Both the position numbers and the translations under genes were made by a program. Below the pieces are notes generated by a model that saw nothing but the letters and a program-made list of their open reading frames with translations, ran no database searches and was not told the origin of the DNA. A stretch of 64,000 bases of DNA, from positions 356-64,355 of the forward strand of contig QAKW01000071.1 of the NCBI GenBank assembly GCA_003343605.1. The letters run 5' to 3'. Below are positions 1-7,775 of the stretch, one piece after another (position 1 is the stretch's first letter; the number at the start of each line of letters is the position of its first letter). The DNA comes from Clostridiales bacterium (lineage in GTDB: Bacteria > Bacillota > Clostridia > Oscillospirales > QAKW01).

Positions 1-396
1 CTGCCGGAGAATATCAGTGGTAATATAATAAGGCAGATTGCCGACAACCGTAAAGGCAGCGCCGCCGAAATGCGCGTTTAATAATTCTTCATAATCGCAG
101 CATAAAATATCCTGCCATAAAAACCGATGATTTTCCGCCGCCACTTGCTGCTCCAGCAGCGGCTGCAGGCGCCGGTCGATCTCCACGGTAACAACCCGCT
201 GCGCCCGGGCGCAGAGCAGATTGGTCAGCGCCCCGGTGCCGGCGCCGATTTCAAGAACACCGCGTGCCCCCAAAGGAAAAGCGGCATCGGCGATACGCGC
301 CAGAACTGCCGCATCATTTAAAAAATTTTGCCCAAGGCTCTTGTGCGTATTCAGGCCATAGCGCGCAAGCAGCCCGGCGGAATCCAGATGACTCAT
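1..396 (-). CDS. rsmA: 16S rRNA (adenine-N6,N6)-dimethyltransferase RsmA/KsgA, N-terminal part; gene runs off the left window edge
   Basis: Not in the ORF track because it is open at the edge. Reverse translation from ATG at 396 gives MSHLDSAGLLARYGLNTHKSLGQNFLND...VLEIGAGTGALTNLL...VVGNLPYYITTDIL. It carries the SAM-binding GxGxGxLT motif and the NLPYxIT motif of KsgA. Confidence 0.85.
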   Translation of the reverse strand, partial: MSHLDSAGLLARYGLNTHKSLGQNFLNDAAVLARIADAAFPLGARGVLEIGAGTGALTNLLCARAQRVVTVEIDRRLQPLLEQQVAAENHRFLWQDILCCDYEELLNAHFGGAAFTVVGNLPYYITTDILRQ

Positions 397-408
397 CGCG
401 CCGGCACC

Positions 409-951
409 TCAGATAAACTGAAAGGTGCTCAGCATCTGGTCCACATACGTGAGGAAATAGGTATAGCTGCCGAATTCCGCAATATAGGAAACAACGTATA
501 CCTTCCCGTTATGCTCGGCAAAAAGCTGCAAAAAGCGCATCTGGCTGGTTTCATCATCAGATACGCTTTCATAAACGATCTGATAGGCCGCTTCGCCGCC
601 GAGCGTGGTATCCTGCTCTGAAACAAGGCTGTAATTCTTAAGGGTATTCTCCAGCTTGGCTACGTACCCTTTTACGTAGCTGTTAAACGCATCGTCCCCT
701 TCCATATCCAGCACAAAGCGCTGCACGGAAAGGCTTTCGTTATACTCGTCGCTGTAGCCTTCAGCGGGCGTAATAAAAGCAGCGATCCCTTCCCCCACAT
801 TTGTGGATTTTTCCCAGAAATCCGGGTATTCGATGGAAAACCCCAGCGGGGTGGAGCGGTATAATTTATAATTTTCCAGAGTGGCCTTGTGGCAGCCGCT
901 GATCAGAAGCATCATGACAAGCGCCAGCACAGCCGCGAGTTTCTTTTTCAT
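409..951 (-). CDS. putative secreted lipoprotein, function unknown
   Basis: MKKKLAAVLALVMMLLISGC is a signal peptide with an L-I-S-G-C lipobox. The internal ATG at 951 is preferred; the track ORF start at 975 has no RBS. Confidence 0.6.
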   Translation of the reverse strand: MKKKLAAVLALVMMLLISGCHKATLENYKLYRSTPLGFSIEYPDFWEKSTNVGEGIAAFITPAEGYSDEYNESLSVQRFVLDMEGDDAFNSYVKGYVAKLENTLKNYSLVSEQDTTLGGEAAYQIVYESVSDDETSQMRFLQLFAEHNGKVYVVSYIAEFGSYTYFLTYVDQMLSTFQFI

Positions 952-1077
952 AACATCGGTATTTCCTTCCTGCATAATACCAACAGTATATCATAAAATC
1001 AGCGTTTTGACAATAGAAAGGTTGCGCTCTTATAAAAGATATGATATGATTAATTTTCAGAAAGGATGTTTGGAACC

Positions 1078-2073
1078 ATGAAAAATAAGGAAATAAAATA
1101 TACCAGCATCGGCGGCAGCGCCCTGATCGAGGGTGTGATGATGCGCGGAAATGGGCGCATGGCAATCGCGGTTCGCCGGTCGGACGGCCAAATACAGCTC
1201 AAGGTAGAGCCGGTTCAGAGCAAAAACAATTGGTATAATAAAATACCTATTATACGTGGAGTTGTTAATTTTGTGCAGTCAATGCTGCTCAGTTACCGCT
1301 GCCTGATGTATGCGGCGGATGTATCGCTGGAAGGAATTCCAGAGCCTGAGGAGCCGGGAAAGCTGGACCGTTTTTTTGAAAAATTAATGGGCAAAACCGG
1401 CATGGCAATTATGGGGACCGTTGCCATGCTGCTGGGGCTGCTGTTATCGCTTTTTTTATTTATCTACCTGCCGGCGGTCTTTACCGGATGGTGCCTGGCG
1501 GCAGCGCCCGCGGCCCTGAAGGCGGTGGTGGAAGGCGCGATCAAAATTTTAATCTTTTTCGGCTATTTGATGCTGGTTTCCCTCATGCCGGATATGCGGC
1601 GGGTATTCCAGTATCATGGCGGGGAGCACAAATCGATTTTTTGCTATGAAGCCAAACAGGAGCTTACGGTGGAAAACGCCATGAAGTGCCGGCGGTTTCA
1701 TCCGCGCTGCGGCACCTCGTTTATTTTTCTCACCCTGCTGGTGAGCGTGATTGTTGCGATGTTTCTCCCCTGGGGAAACCGCCTGGTGCGCACGCTGATC
1801 AAGCTCTGCTTTGTGCCGCTGATCATGGGGGTGGCATATGAGTTTATCCGTTACGCAGGGAAGCATGATAACATCTTTACCCGCATCATCTCCGCGCCGG
1901 GGCTCTGGTTTCAGCGCATCACCACCAAAGAGCCGGATCAGAAGCAGATCGCGGTGGCGCTGGCGGCACTGCGCGGCGTTTTGGAAGAGTACCCGCTGGA
2001 AAAGGAAATCATTGTGGATGAAAACGGCCGGTATCTGCAGGATAAGGAAGTGAAAGAAGAGGCGGCCGAATGA
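1078..2073 (+). CDS. DUF1385 family membrane protein (YqhQ-like), usual partner of prmC
   Basis: N-terminus is IGGSALIEGVMMRG and a HGGEHK motif is present. There are central TM helices. The stop overlaps the prmC start (ATGA). RBS GAAAGGA precedes ATG 1078. Confidence 0.8.
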   Translation: MKNKEIKYTSIGGSALIEGVMMRGNGRMAIAVRRSDGQIQLKVEPVQSKNNWYNKIPIIRGVVNFVQSMLLSYRCLMYAADVSLEGIPEPEEPGKLDRFFEKLMGKTGMAIMGTVAMLLGLLLSLFLFIYLPAVFTGWCLAAAPAALKAVVEGAIKILIFFGYLMLVSLMPDMRRVFQYHGGEHKSIFCYEAKQELTVENAMKCRRFHPRCGTSFIFLTLLVSVIVAMFLPWGNRLVRTLIKLCFVPLIMGVAYEFIRYAGKHDNIFTRIISAPGLWFQRITTKEPDQKQIAVALAALRGVLEEYPLEKEIIVDENGRYLQDKEVKEEAAE

Positions 2074-2918
2074 GAGTAAAGCTACAGGATCTTCTGCGCC
2101 AGGGAGAAATTGTTTTGAAGGAACGAAAAATCGAACAGTACCGCAGCAACGCCTACTGCCTGCTTCATAAGCATTTTAATGTTTCCCGGGCGCAGGTGCT
2201 GCTCTCGCAGGAGCAGGACTATCCGGAAGCGCTGGTTTTGGCCTACTGGGCGGATATCCGCGCCCGCGGGGAGCGGCGGCCGCTGCAGCACTTGCTGGGC
2301 AGCTGGGAATTTATGGGGCTCTCTTTTATTGTGAACCCCAATGTGCTGATTCCCCGGCCGGAGACCGAATGGCTGGTGGAATATGTTTTGGCGCATTATC
2401 AGGGAAAGCCGGTGCGGGTTTTGGATCTTTGCACCGGAAGCGGCTGTATCGGGCTTTCCATCAAAAAGCTGCTGCCGGAAAGCCAGGTGACCTTAGTGGA
2501 TATCAGTGATCTTGCGCTTGAAGTGGCGCGGGAAAACAGCGAGGCCCTGGGCGCGGCCGTGAAAATTGAAAAATGGGATATTTTGCAGGGCGTACCGTTT
2601 TACCTGGAAAAAGAGCGGTATGATCTGGTAATCAGCAATCCTCCCTATATTAAAACAGAAGAGCTGCCCACCCTGCAGCCGGAAGTGCGGGAGGAGCCGG
2701 CCATCGCGCTGGACGGCGGGCAGGACGGGCTGCTCTACTATCGGGCGCTGGCCGGCGAATGGAGCGCGCTGCTGAAGCCGGGCGGCGAAATGCTTGTAGA
2801 AACCGGAGAAGATACGGGCGCACAGGTGCTTGCGTTATTTGAGCAGCACCTTGCCGCCTGCGCGCTCTATCCGGATTATGCGGGGCTCCCCCGCTATGTA
2901 ACCGGGAGGAAGGAGTAA
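2070..2918 (+). CDS. prmC: peptide chain release factor N5-glutamine methyltransferase PrmC/HemK
   Basis: SAM motif VLDLCTGSGCIG and catalytic NPPY (ISNPPYI). Length is 282 aa. Confidence 0.9.
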   Translation: MRVKLQDLLRQGEIVLKERKIEQYRSNAYCLLHKHFNVSRAQVLLSQEQDYPEALVLAYWADIRARGERRPLQHLLGSWEFMGLSFIVNPNVLIPRPETEWLVEYVLAHYQGKPVRVLDLCTGSGCIGLSIKKLLPESQVTLVDISDLALEVARENSEALGAAVKIEKWDILQGVPFYLEKERYDLVISNPPYIKTEELPTLQPEVREEPAIALDGGQDGLLYYRALAGEWSALLKPGGEMLVETGEDTGAQVLALFEQHLAACALYPDYAGLPRYVTGRKE

Positions 2919-2921
2919 ACA

Positions 2922-3602
2922 ATGCGCTATTCCCATATCGCTTTTGATCTGGATAACACACTGCTGACAACCGATGCGGATATGCACCGTTATTTTGATT
3001 CCTATGTATCCGCGCTGCGCCTGGAGCCGGCAAAGGAGATCGCGGCTTCCTTTTTTGCGTGGAACATTCACTGCTGGCAAAAGCTGGATGAGCAGCAAAT
3101 CAACCACCAGGAGCTCGGCAGGCTGCGTTTTCAGCTCTGGGCGGAGCAATGGGGGCTGCAGATCGATCCGGATGAAGCAAACGGAAAATACCGGGAAGCG
3201 CTGGGCAACGCAACAACCGCCCTGCCGGGAGCCGGCGCGCTGCTGCATAGGCTGCAGGGGCAGGCGCGTCTTTATGTGGCGTCCAACGGTTTTAATGAGC
3301 AAGTGCACAAACGCCTGAATAAACTGGGCTGGGAATCGTTTTTTGACAGCATTTTTGCCTCATCCTCAATGAAGAGCGGCAAGCCCCATGAAGCCTTTTT
3401 CCGGGAAGTTTGGGAAGCGATGGGCGCACCGCCCAAAGAACGGGTCCTTTTCATCGGCGATAATTATATCAACGATATTGAGGGCGCCCGCCGCTTCGGC
3501 TTCGATACCGCCTGGATCAGGCAAAGGGAAGAGCTGGGGCGCACGGCAACGATCGAGGTGCAGACACTGCCGGAGCTGGAAAAAATTCTTTTTACGAAAT
3601 AA
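2922..3602 (+). CDS. HAD-IA family hydrolase
   Basis: Motif I is FDLDNTL and motif IV is FIGDNYINDIEGA. GKPHEAFF is also present. Confidence 0.75.
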   Translation: MRYSHIAFDLDNTLLTTDADMHRYFDSYVSALRLEPAKEIAASFFAWNIHCWQKLDEQQINHQELGRLRFQLWAEQWGLQIDPDEANGKYREALGNATTALPGAGALLHRLQGQARLYVASNGFNEQVHKRLNKLGWESFFDSIFASSSMKSGKPHEAFFREVWEAMGAPPKERVLFIGDNYINDIEGARRFGFDTAWIRQREELGRTATIEVQTLPELEKILFTK

Positions 3603-3671
3603 AACGGCACCGGTACCCGCCCAAAAGGCGTGCCTGCCTGTTTCTGGCAGGAAAGCGCATGTAAAAAGCCT

Positions 3672-4544
3672 TTAAAAATTGCGCGTTTTATTGTGTTGCG
3701 CCTGCTTTCTCCAGTTTGATTGGCCCATAAAATTGCACATTTCAGACATATACGCTTCGTCTGATTTAGACCAGCGAATGCCGATGAGCTTTTCAGCATC
3801 CGGGCCGGCGGGATAGCGCAGCCTGTCGCTTTTGTCGCAGGCTGCCAGATAAACCTGCTCTGCCACCTTGTTTACATCCGCAACTCCGGAGGGCGGCGCG
3901 GCCTGCACGGCCATAAAGGAGGCATAATAGGGTTTGTAGCTTTCCGGCACGGCAAGCTCCTGATCGGCGTGCAGTGCCGCCGGGCTGGTCATAAAGTTTG
4001 TCGTTGTCATAAATCCCGGTTCAATCAGCCGGATCAAAATATTCTGTGATTCCAGCTCGTAAAAGAGCGATTCTGTTAATCCCTCAACCGCAAATTTGGT
4101 GGAAGCATAGGCGGCTCGCAAAGGAGCGGCGACGATTCCGATCGAAGAGCTGACATTTACAATCGTGCCCCCGCCCTGCGCCCGGAAATACGGGATCATT
4201 TCCTGAAGCACATGGATTACACCAAATACATTCGTTTCAAAGATGGCGCGAATATCCTCCATCGGCGTGGCTTCAAAAACAGCCCCAAATCCATATCCCG
4301 CATTATTGACCACAGCGTCTATTTTCCCAAACTGCCTGATCCCTTCATGGAGTGCGCTGGAAATCGTTTGTGGTTTTGTTACATCAAGCTGTGCAACCTT
4401 GAGCCGGCCTGAAAAATTTTTTTCCAGCGTTTTATCCGGCCGGCGCATCGTGGCGAGAACATTCCAGCCCTCGGCGGCAAATTTTTTTGCGGCGGTATTG
4501 CCGAGCCCGGTGGAACACCCGGTAATCAAAACGGTTTTTTGCAT
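3672..4544 (-). CDS. SDR family NAD(P)-dependent oxidoreductase
   Basis: TGCSTGLGN Rossmann motif, NNAG, and YASTK catalytic Y-x3-K. RBS GGAGGA lies upstream. Confidence 0.85.
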   Translation of the reverse strand: MQKTVLITGCSTGLGNTAAKKFAAEGWNVLATMRRPDKTLEKNFSGRLKVAQLDVTKPQTISSALHEGIRQFGKIDAVVNNAGYGFGAVFEATPMEDIRAIFETNVFGVIHVLQEMIPYFRAQGGGTIVNVSSSIGIVAAPLRAAYASTKFAVEGLTESLFYELESQNILIRLIEPGFMTTTNFMTSPAALHADQELAVPESYKPYYASFMAVQAAPPSGVADVNKVAEQVYLAACDKSDRLRYPAGPDAEKLIGIRWSKSDEAYMSEMCNFMGQSNWRKQAQHNKTRNF

Positions 4545-4586
4545 CGTTCGTCCTCCTGTTGAATAGATTGTTGCTTTCGCCTGTAA

Positions 4587-4617
4587 AGTATAACGCTAAA
4601 GCGCGCTTTAGAGTCAA
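4587..4617 (-). promoter_or_regulatory. MerR-type promoter for the SDR gene: TTGACT-19 nt-TATACT with a 16-bp perfect dyad in the spacer
   Basis: The minus strand reads TTGACT ctaaagcgcgctttagcgt TATACT. The dyad CTAAAGCGCGCTTTAG is at 4596-4611. The MerR gene is divergent and starts at 4648. Confidence 0.6.
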
Positions 4618-4647
4618 TACCTGTTTTTTATTTTTCGGAGAAAAAAT

Positions 4648-5061
4648 ATGAGTTACACGATTAAAGAAGTATCGGAAATGACGAATTTATCCATTTCCAC
4701 CTTGCGTTACTATGATAAGATGGGCTTGCTTCCCGGACTGAAGCGGAAGGAATCCGGCTATCGGATGTTTTCCGAGGGCGATCTTGAAATGCTGAAGATC
4801 ATCGATGCGTTTAAGAAAGCAGGCCTGCGGATCAAAGACATGCAGCATTACCTAGCGCTGGCGTTTAAAGGAGAGAGCACGCTGGAAGAGCGGTATCAGA
4901 TTTTTCTCAAGCAGGAAACCGTGCTGAAAGAGAAGATCGCGGAGCTGCAGGCGGCGCTGGAAATTACGCGCAGAAAAATCGCCTATTATGAAGCCGCCTG
5001 CAAAGCGGGAACAGAAAGCCTTCTGCCGCCCGCGTTTTGCCTGCGCCCCACACAAAAATAA
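4648..5061 (+). CDS. MerR family transcriptional regulator
   Basis: YTIKEVSEMTNLSISTLRYYDKMGLL is an N-terminal MerR HTH, followed by a C-terminal coiled coil. Confidence 0.85.
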   Translation: MSYTIKEVSEMTNLSISTLRYYDKMGLLPGLKRKESGYRMFSEGDLEMLKIIDAFKKAGLRIKDMQHYLALAFKGESTLEERYQIFLKQETVLKEKIAELQAALEITRRKIAYYEAACKAGTESLLPPAFCLRPTQK

Positions 5062-5104
5062 TAAAGAAAGACGGCATGCCCCGCGCAATGGGAGGTCATG
5101 CCGT
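5050..5104 (-). terminator. probable intrinsic terminator of the feo operon
   Basis: On the minus strand the stem ACGGCATG...CATGCCGT is followed by CTTTCTTTATTATTTTTG. Confidence 0.45.
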
Positions 5105-5127
5105 AGAAACGCCTTTTTTACAATATG

Positions 5128-5157
5128 GCCGAAACCAGGATGGTTTCGGCTTTTTTT
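5128..5157 (+). terminator. intrinsic terminator downstream of the MerR gene
   Basis: GCCGAAACC-aggat-GGTTTCGGC followed by TTTTTTT. Confidence 0.6.
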
Positions 5158-5290
5158 ATCGCCGGCAATGGTGTTTACAGCGGCTGCAGCGGCCGCCGCA
5201 GCCGCGCCGGCGGGCGCTTGTAATGCGGCGGAGCGCCCAGCCGCCCCAGCAAAGCAGAAGAAGCAGAAGCAGATAATCAATCGGCTGCAA
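5156..5290 (-). CDS. FeoB-associated Cys-rich small membrane protein (44 aa), absent from the ORF track
   Basis: TTG start lies 9 nt after GGAGG and 16 nt after the feoB stop. Translation is MQPIDYLLLLLLLCWGGWALRRITSARRRGCGGRCSRCKHHCRR, one TM helix plus a Cys-rich tail. Confidence 0.6.
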   Translation of the reverse strand: MQPIDYLLLLLLLCWGGWALRRITSARRRGCGGRCSRCKHHCRR

Positions 5291-5305
5291 CGAAACACAC
5301 CTCCG

Positions 5306-7315
5306 TTATCCAATCAACAGCAGGAGCATCCTGTAGATCAGAAAAGAAGCGATCCAGGCAATGCCGCACTGCAAAACAACAAAGCCCACCGCTTTATAAG
5401 CGGCGCCGAGCTCGCGTTTTACCGCCGTTACCGCGGCGATACAGGGCGTATAGAGCAGGGTGAAAATTAAAAAACTGAATGCGGTTGCCGGGGTAAAGAG
5501 TGTGCCGAGCGAAGCGGCGACATCCGCACTGCTTCCCAGCAGAATGCCCAGCGTGCTGATCACCGATTCTTTTGCGGCGAAGCCCGAAATCAGAGCGGTT
5601 GAGGCGCGCCAGTCGCCGAACCCCAGCGGAATAAAAACCGGCGCAATCAGGCGGCCGATCATGGCCAGCAGGCTATCGCCGCTGTCGGCAACCACGTTGA
5701 AACGCCCGTCAAAGGTCTGTAAAAACCAAATAATAATGGTTGCCCAAAAAATAACGGTAAATGCCCGCTCAATAAAATCGCGGGCTTTTTCCCAAAGCAG
5801 CAGGGCGACGCTTTTAAAAGAGGGAAAGCGGTAATTGGGCAGTTCCATCACAAAGGGAACGGGCTTTCCCCTAAAGGCGGTGTGATCCAAAATCAGCGCG
5901 GCGAGAATGCCGAACAGAATCCCCAGAAGATAAAGGCCGATCATGACCAGCGCCTGGTATTTTTGAAAAAAAGCGGCGCAAAATACCACATAGATGGGAA
6001 TTTTTGCAGAACAGCTCATAAAGGGGGTAAGCAGGATCGTCATTTTCCGGTCCCGTTCGGAGGAAAGGGTACGCGTTGCCATTACGGCCGGAACCGTACA
6101 GCCGAATCCGATCAGCATGGGCACTATGCTGCGGCCGGAAAGACCGATTTTACGCAAGAGCTTATCCATCACGAAGGCAACCCGGGCCATATAACCGGTA
6201 TCTTCCAAAATGGAAAGAAAGAAGAATAAAACAACGATCAGCGGCAGAAAACTCAAAACACTGCCCACGCCCGCAAAGATCCCGTCGATGATCAGGCTCT
6301 GCACAACGGGGTTTACCCCGAAGGCGCTTAAAGCGCGGTCTGCAAGGGTCGAGAGCAGATTAATTCCGGCGGCCAGCAAATCGCTCAGCCCCGCGCCGAT
6401 CACATTGAAGGTTAAAAAGAAGATCAGCAGCATGATCCCGAAAAAAATCGGCAGCGCGGCGTATTTATTGGTGAGAATACGGTCGATCTGCACACTGCGC
6501 CGGTGCTGCTTGCTTTCCTGGCACTTGATGACAGTTTCCCGGCAGACGCGCTCAATAAAGTCGTAGCGCATCTCGGCAATCGCCGCGTTGCGGTCGAGCC
6601 CGTATTCCTCTTCCATCTGCAGGATATTATGCTCCACCAGCTCCAGCTCGTTTTGATCCAGCTTCAGCTGGGCAATAATATCGGGATCCTCTTCGATCAG
6701 CTTAGAGGCGGCAAACCGGGTTGGCAGATCTGCGCGCTGGGCATGGTCTTCAATAATATGGCAGGTAGCGTGAATACAGCGGTGTATCGGCCCGGGCCGG
6801 CAGAAATCGGTTACCTTCGGGTATTGCTTTTCCCTGGCGGCAGCAACGGCAGCGCGCGTGAGCTCGGCGATCCCCTCGTTTTTTGCGGCGCTGATCGGGA
6901 TGACCGGAATCCCCAACAGCTCGGTCATTTTTTTTACATTGATGGTGCCGCCGTTATCCCGCACTTCGTCCATCATATTGAGCGCCAGCACCATTGGAAT
7001 ATGTAATTCAATCAGCTGGAGTGTAAGGTAAAGATTCCGCTCGATATTGGTGGCGTCCACAATATTGATGATCCCATCGGGCTTCTGCTTTAAAATAAAG
7101 TCACGGGTGACAATCTCTTCGCTGGTATACGGGCGGATCGAATAAATCCCCGGCAGATCCACCACCGAACAATCCCGTTTTCCGCGCAGAACGCCGGTCT
7201 TCTGATCAACGGTCACACCCGGGAAATTGCCCACGTGCTGATTGGATCCGGTTAATTGATTAAATAGCGTTGTTTTTCCGCAGTTTTGATTTCCGGCAAG
7301 TGCAAAGATCATCAC
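5306..7315 (-). CDS. feoB: ferrous iron transport protein B
   Basis: N-terminal GTPase with GNQNCGKTTLFN and DLPG, then a long polytopic membrane domain. Length is 669 aa. Confidence 0.95.
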   Translation of the reverse strand: MMIFALAGNQNCGKTTLFNQLTGSNQHVGNFPGVTVDQKTGVLRGKRDCSVVDLPGIYSIRPYTSEEIVTRDFILKQKPDGIINIVDATNIERNLYLTLQLIELHIPMVLALNMMDEVRDNGGTINVKKMTELLGIPVIPISAAKNEGIAELTRAAVAAAREKQYPKVTDFCRPGPIHRCIHATCHIIEDHAQRADLPTRFAASKLIEEDPDIIAQLKLDQNELELVEHNILQMEEEYGLDRNAAIAEMRYDFIERVCRETVIKCQESKQHRRSVQIDRILTNKYAALPIFFGIMLLIFFLTFNVIGAGLSDLLAAGINLLSTLADRALSAFGVNPVVQSLIIDGIFAGVGSVLSFLPLIVVLFFFLSILEDTGYMARVAFVMDKLLRKIGLSGRSIVPMLIGFGCTVPAVMATRTLSSERDRKMTILLTPFMSCSAKIPIYVVFCAAFFQKYQALVMIGLYLLGILFGILAALILDHTAFRGKPVPFVMELPNYRFPSFKSVALLLWEKARDFIERAFTVIFWATIIIWFLQTFDGRFNVVADSGDSLLAMIGRLIAPVFIPLGFGDWRASTALISGFAAKESVISTLGILLGSSADVAASLGTLFTPATAFSFLIFTLLYTPCIAAVTAVKRELGAAYKAVGFVVLQCGIAWIASFLIYRMLLLLIG

Positions 7316-7536
7316 AGGGCCTCCACTTCAATGTTTTTGGCGTCGTCGATACGAAGCGTCAGCTCATAGTCGCGCAGGCGTATTTCCATTGGATCCCCCA
7401 TCGGGGCAATTTTCTGAACAAGGATTTTCGTTTTGGGTATAATTCCCATATCCAGCAGCCGGCAGCGCAGCGCGCCTTCTCCGCCAACCGCCGTGATTAC
7501 GGCGGGCTTTCCGATGGGCAGTTGATCCAAAGTCAT
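7312..7536 (-). CDS. feoA: FeoA family iron transport protein
   Basis: MTLDQLPIGKPAVITAV...LLDMGIIPKTKI is a FeoA SH3-like domain. Its stop overlaps the feoB start. RBS GGAAGGGGA lies 7 nt before ATG 7536; the track start is an upstream TTG. Confidence 0.85.
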   Translation of the reverse strand: MTLDQLPIGKPAVITAVGGEGALRCRLLDMGIIPKTKILVQKIAPMGDPMEIRLRDYELTLRIDDAKNIEVEAL

Positions 7537-7696
7537 GCAAAAGTCCCCTTCCAATTATATAATTAAGAATACAAATGTTAGTATATGCTAACTTTTGGGG
7601 AAATGCAATCTTTTTTTTGCTTATTGTCTATTATTGCAGCGTCAAAGAAGAAATGTAACAATTTTTTGAATTTTTACTGGAGTTTTTATTTTTTCG

Positions 7697-7725
7697 TTGA
7701 CATTCCGCGCAGGCAATAGTATGAT
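7697..7725 (+). promoter_or_regulatory. sigma-A type promoter of M23 peptidase 1 (TTGACA-17-TATGAT)
   Basis: Consensus -35 and near-consensus -10 with a 17-nt spacer, about 50 nt upstream of the TTG start. Confidence 0.65.
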
Positions 7726-7734
7726 ATTACATAT

Positions 7735-7751
7735 TGTAACTATTTTGTAAC
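7735..7751 (+). promoter_or_regulatory. WalR-consensus direct repeat TGTAAC-N5-TGTAAC
   Basis: TGTAACtatttTGTAAC starts 10 nt after the -10 element. It is an exact match to TGT(A/T)A(A/T/C)-N5-TGT(A/T)A(A/T/C). Confidence 0.55.
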
Positions 7752-7775
7752 CATTTTGAGAAAGGGGGCGCCTTT

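Noticed and set aside
4852-5470. Ala/Pro/Arg-rich ORFs (153, 160 and 79 aa) between the MerR gene and feoB
   Set aside because: They span terminator hairpins and a GC-rich GCGGCGGCCGC stretch, and they lack an RBS. The region is better explained by the 44-aa FeoB-associated peptide plus two terminators.
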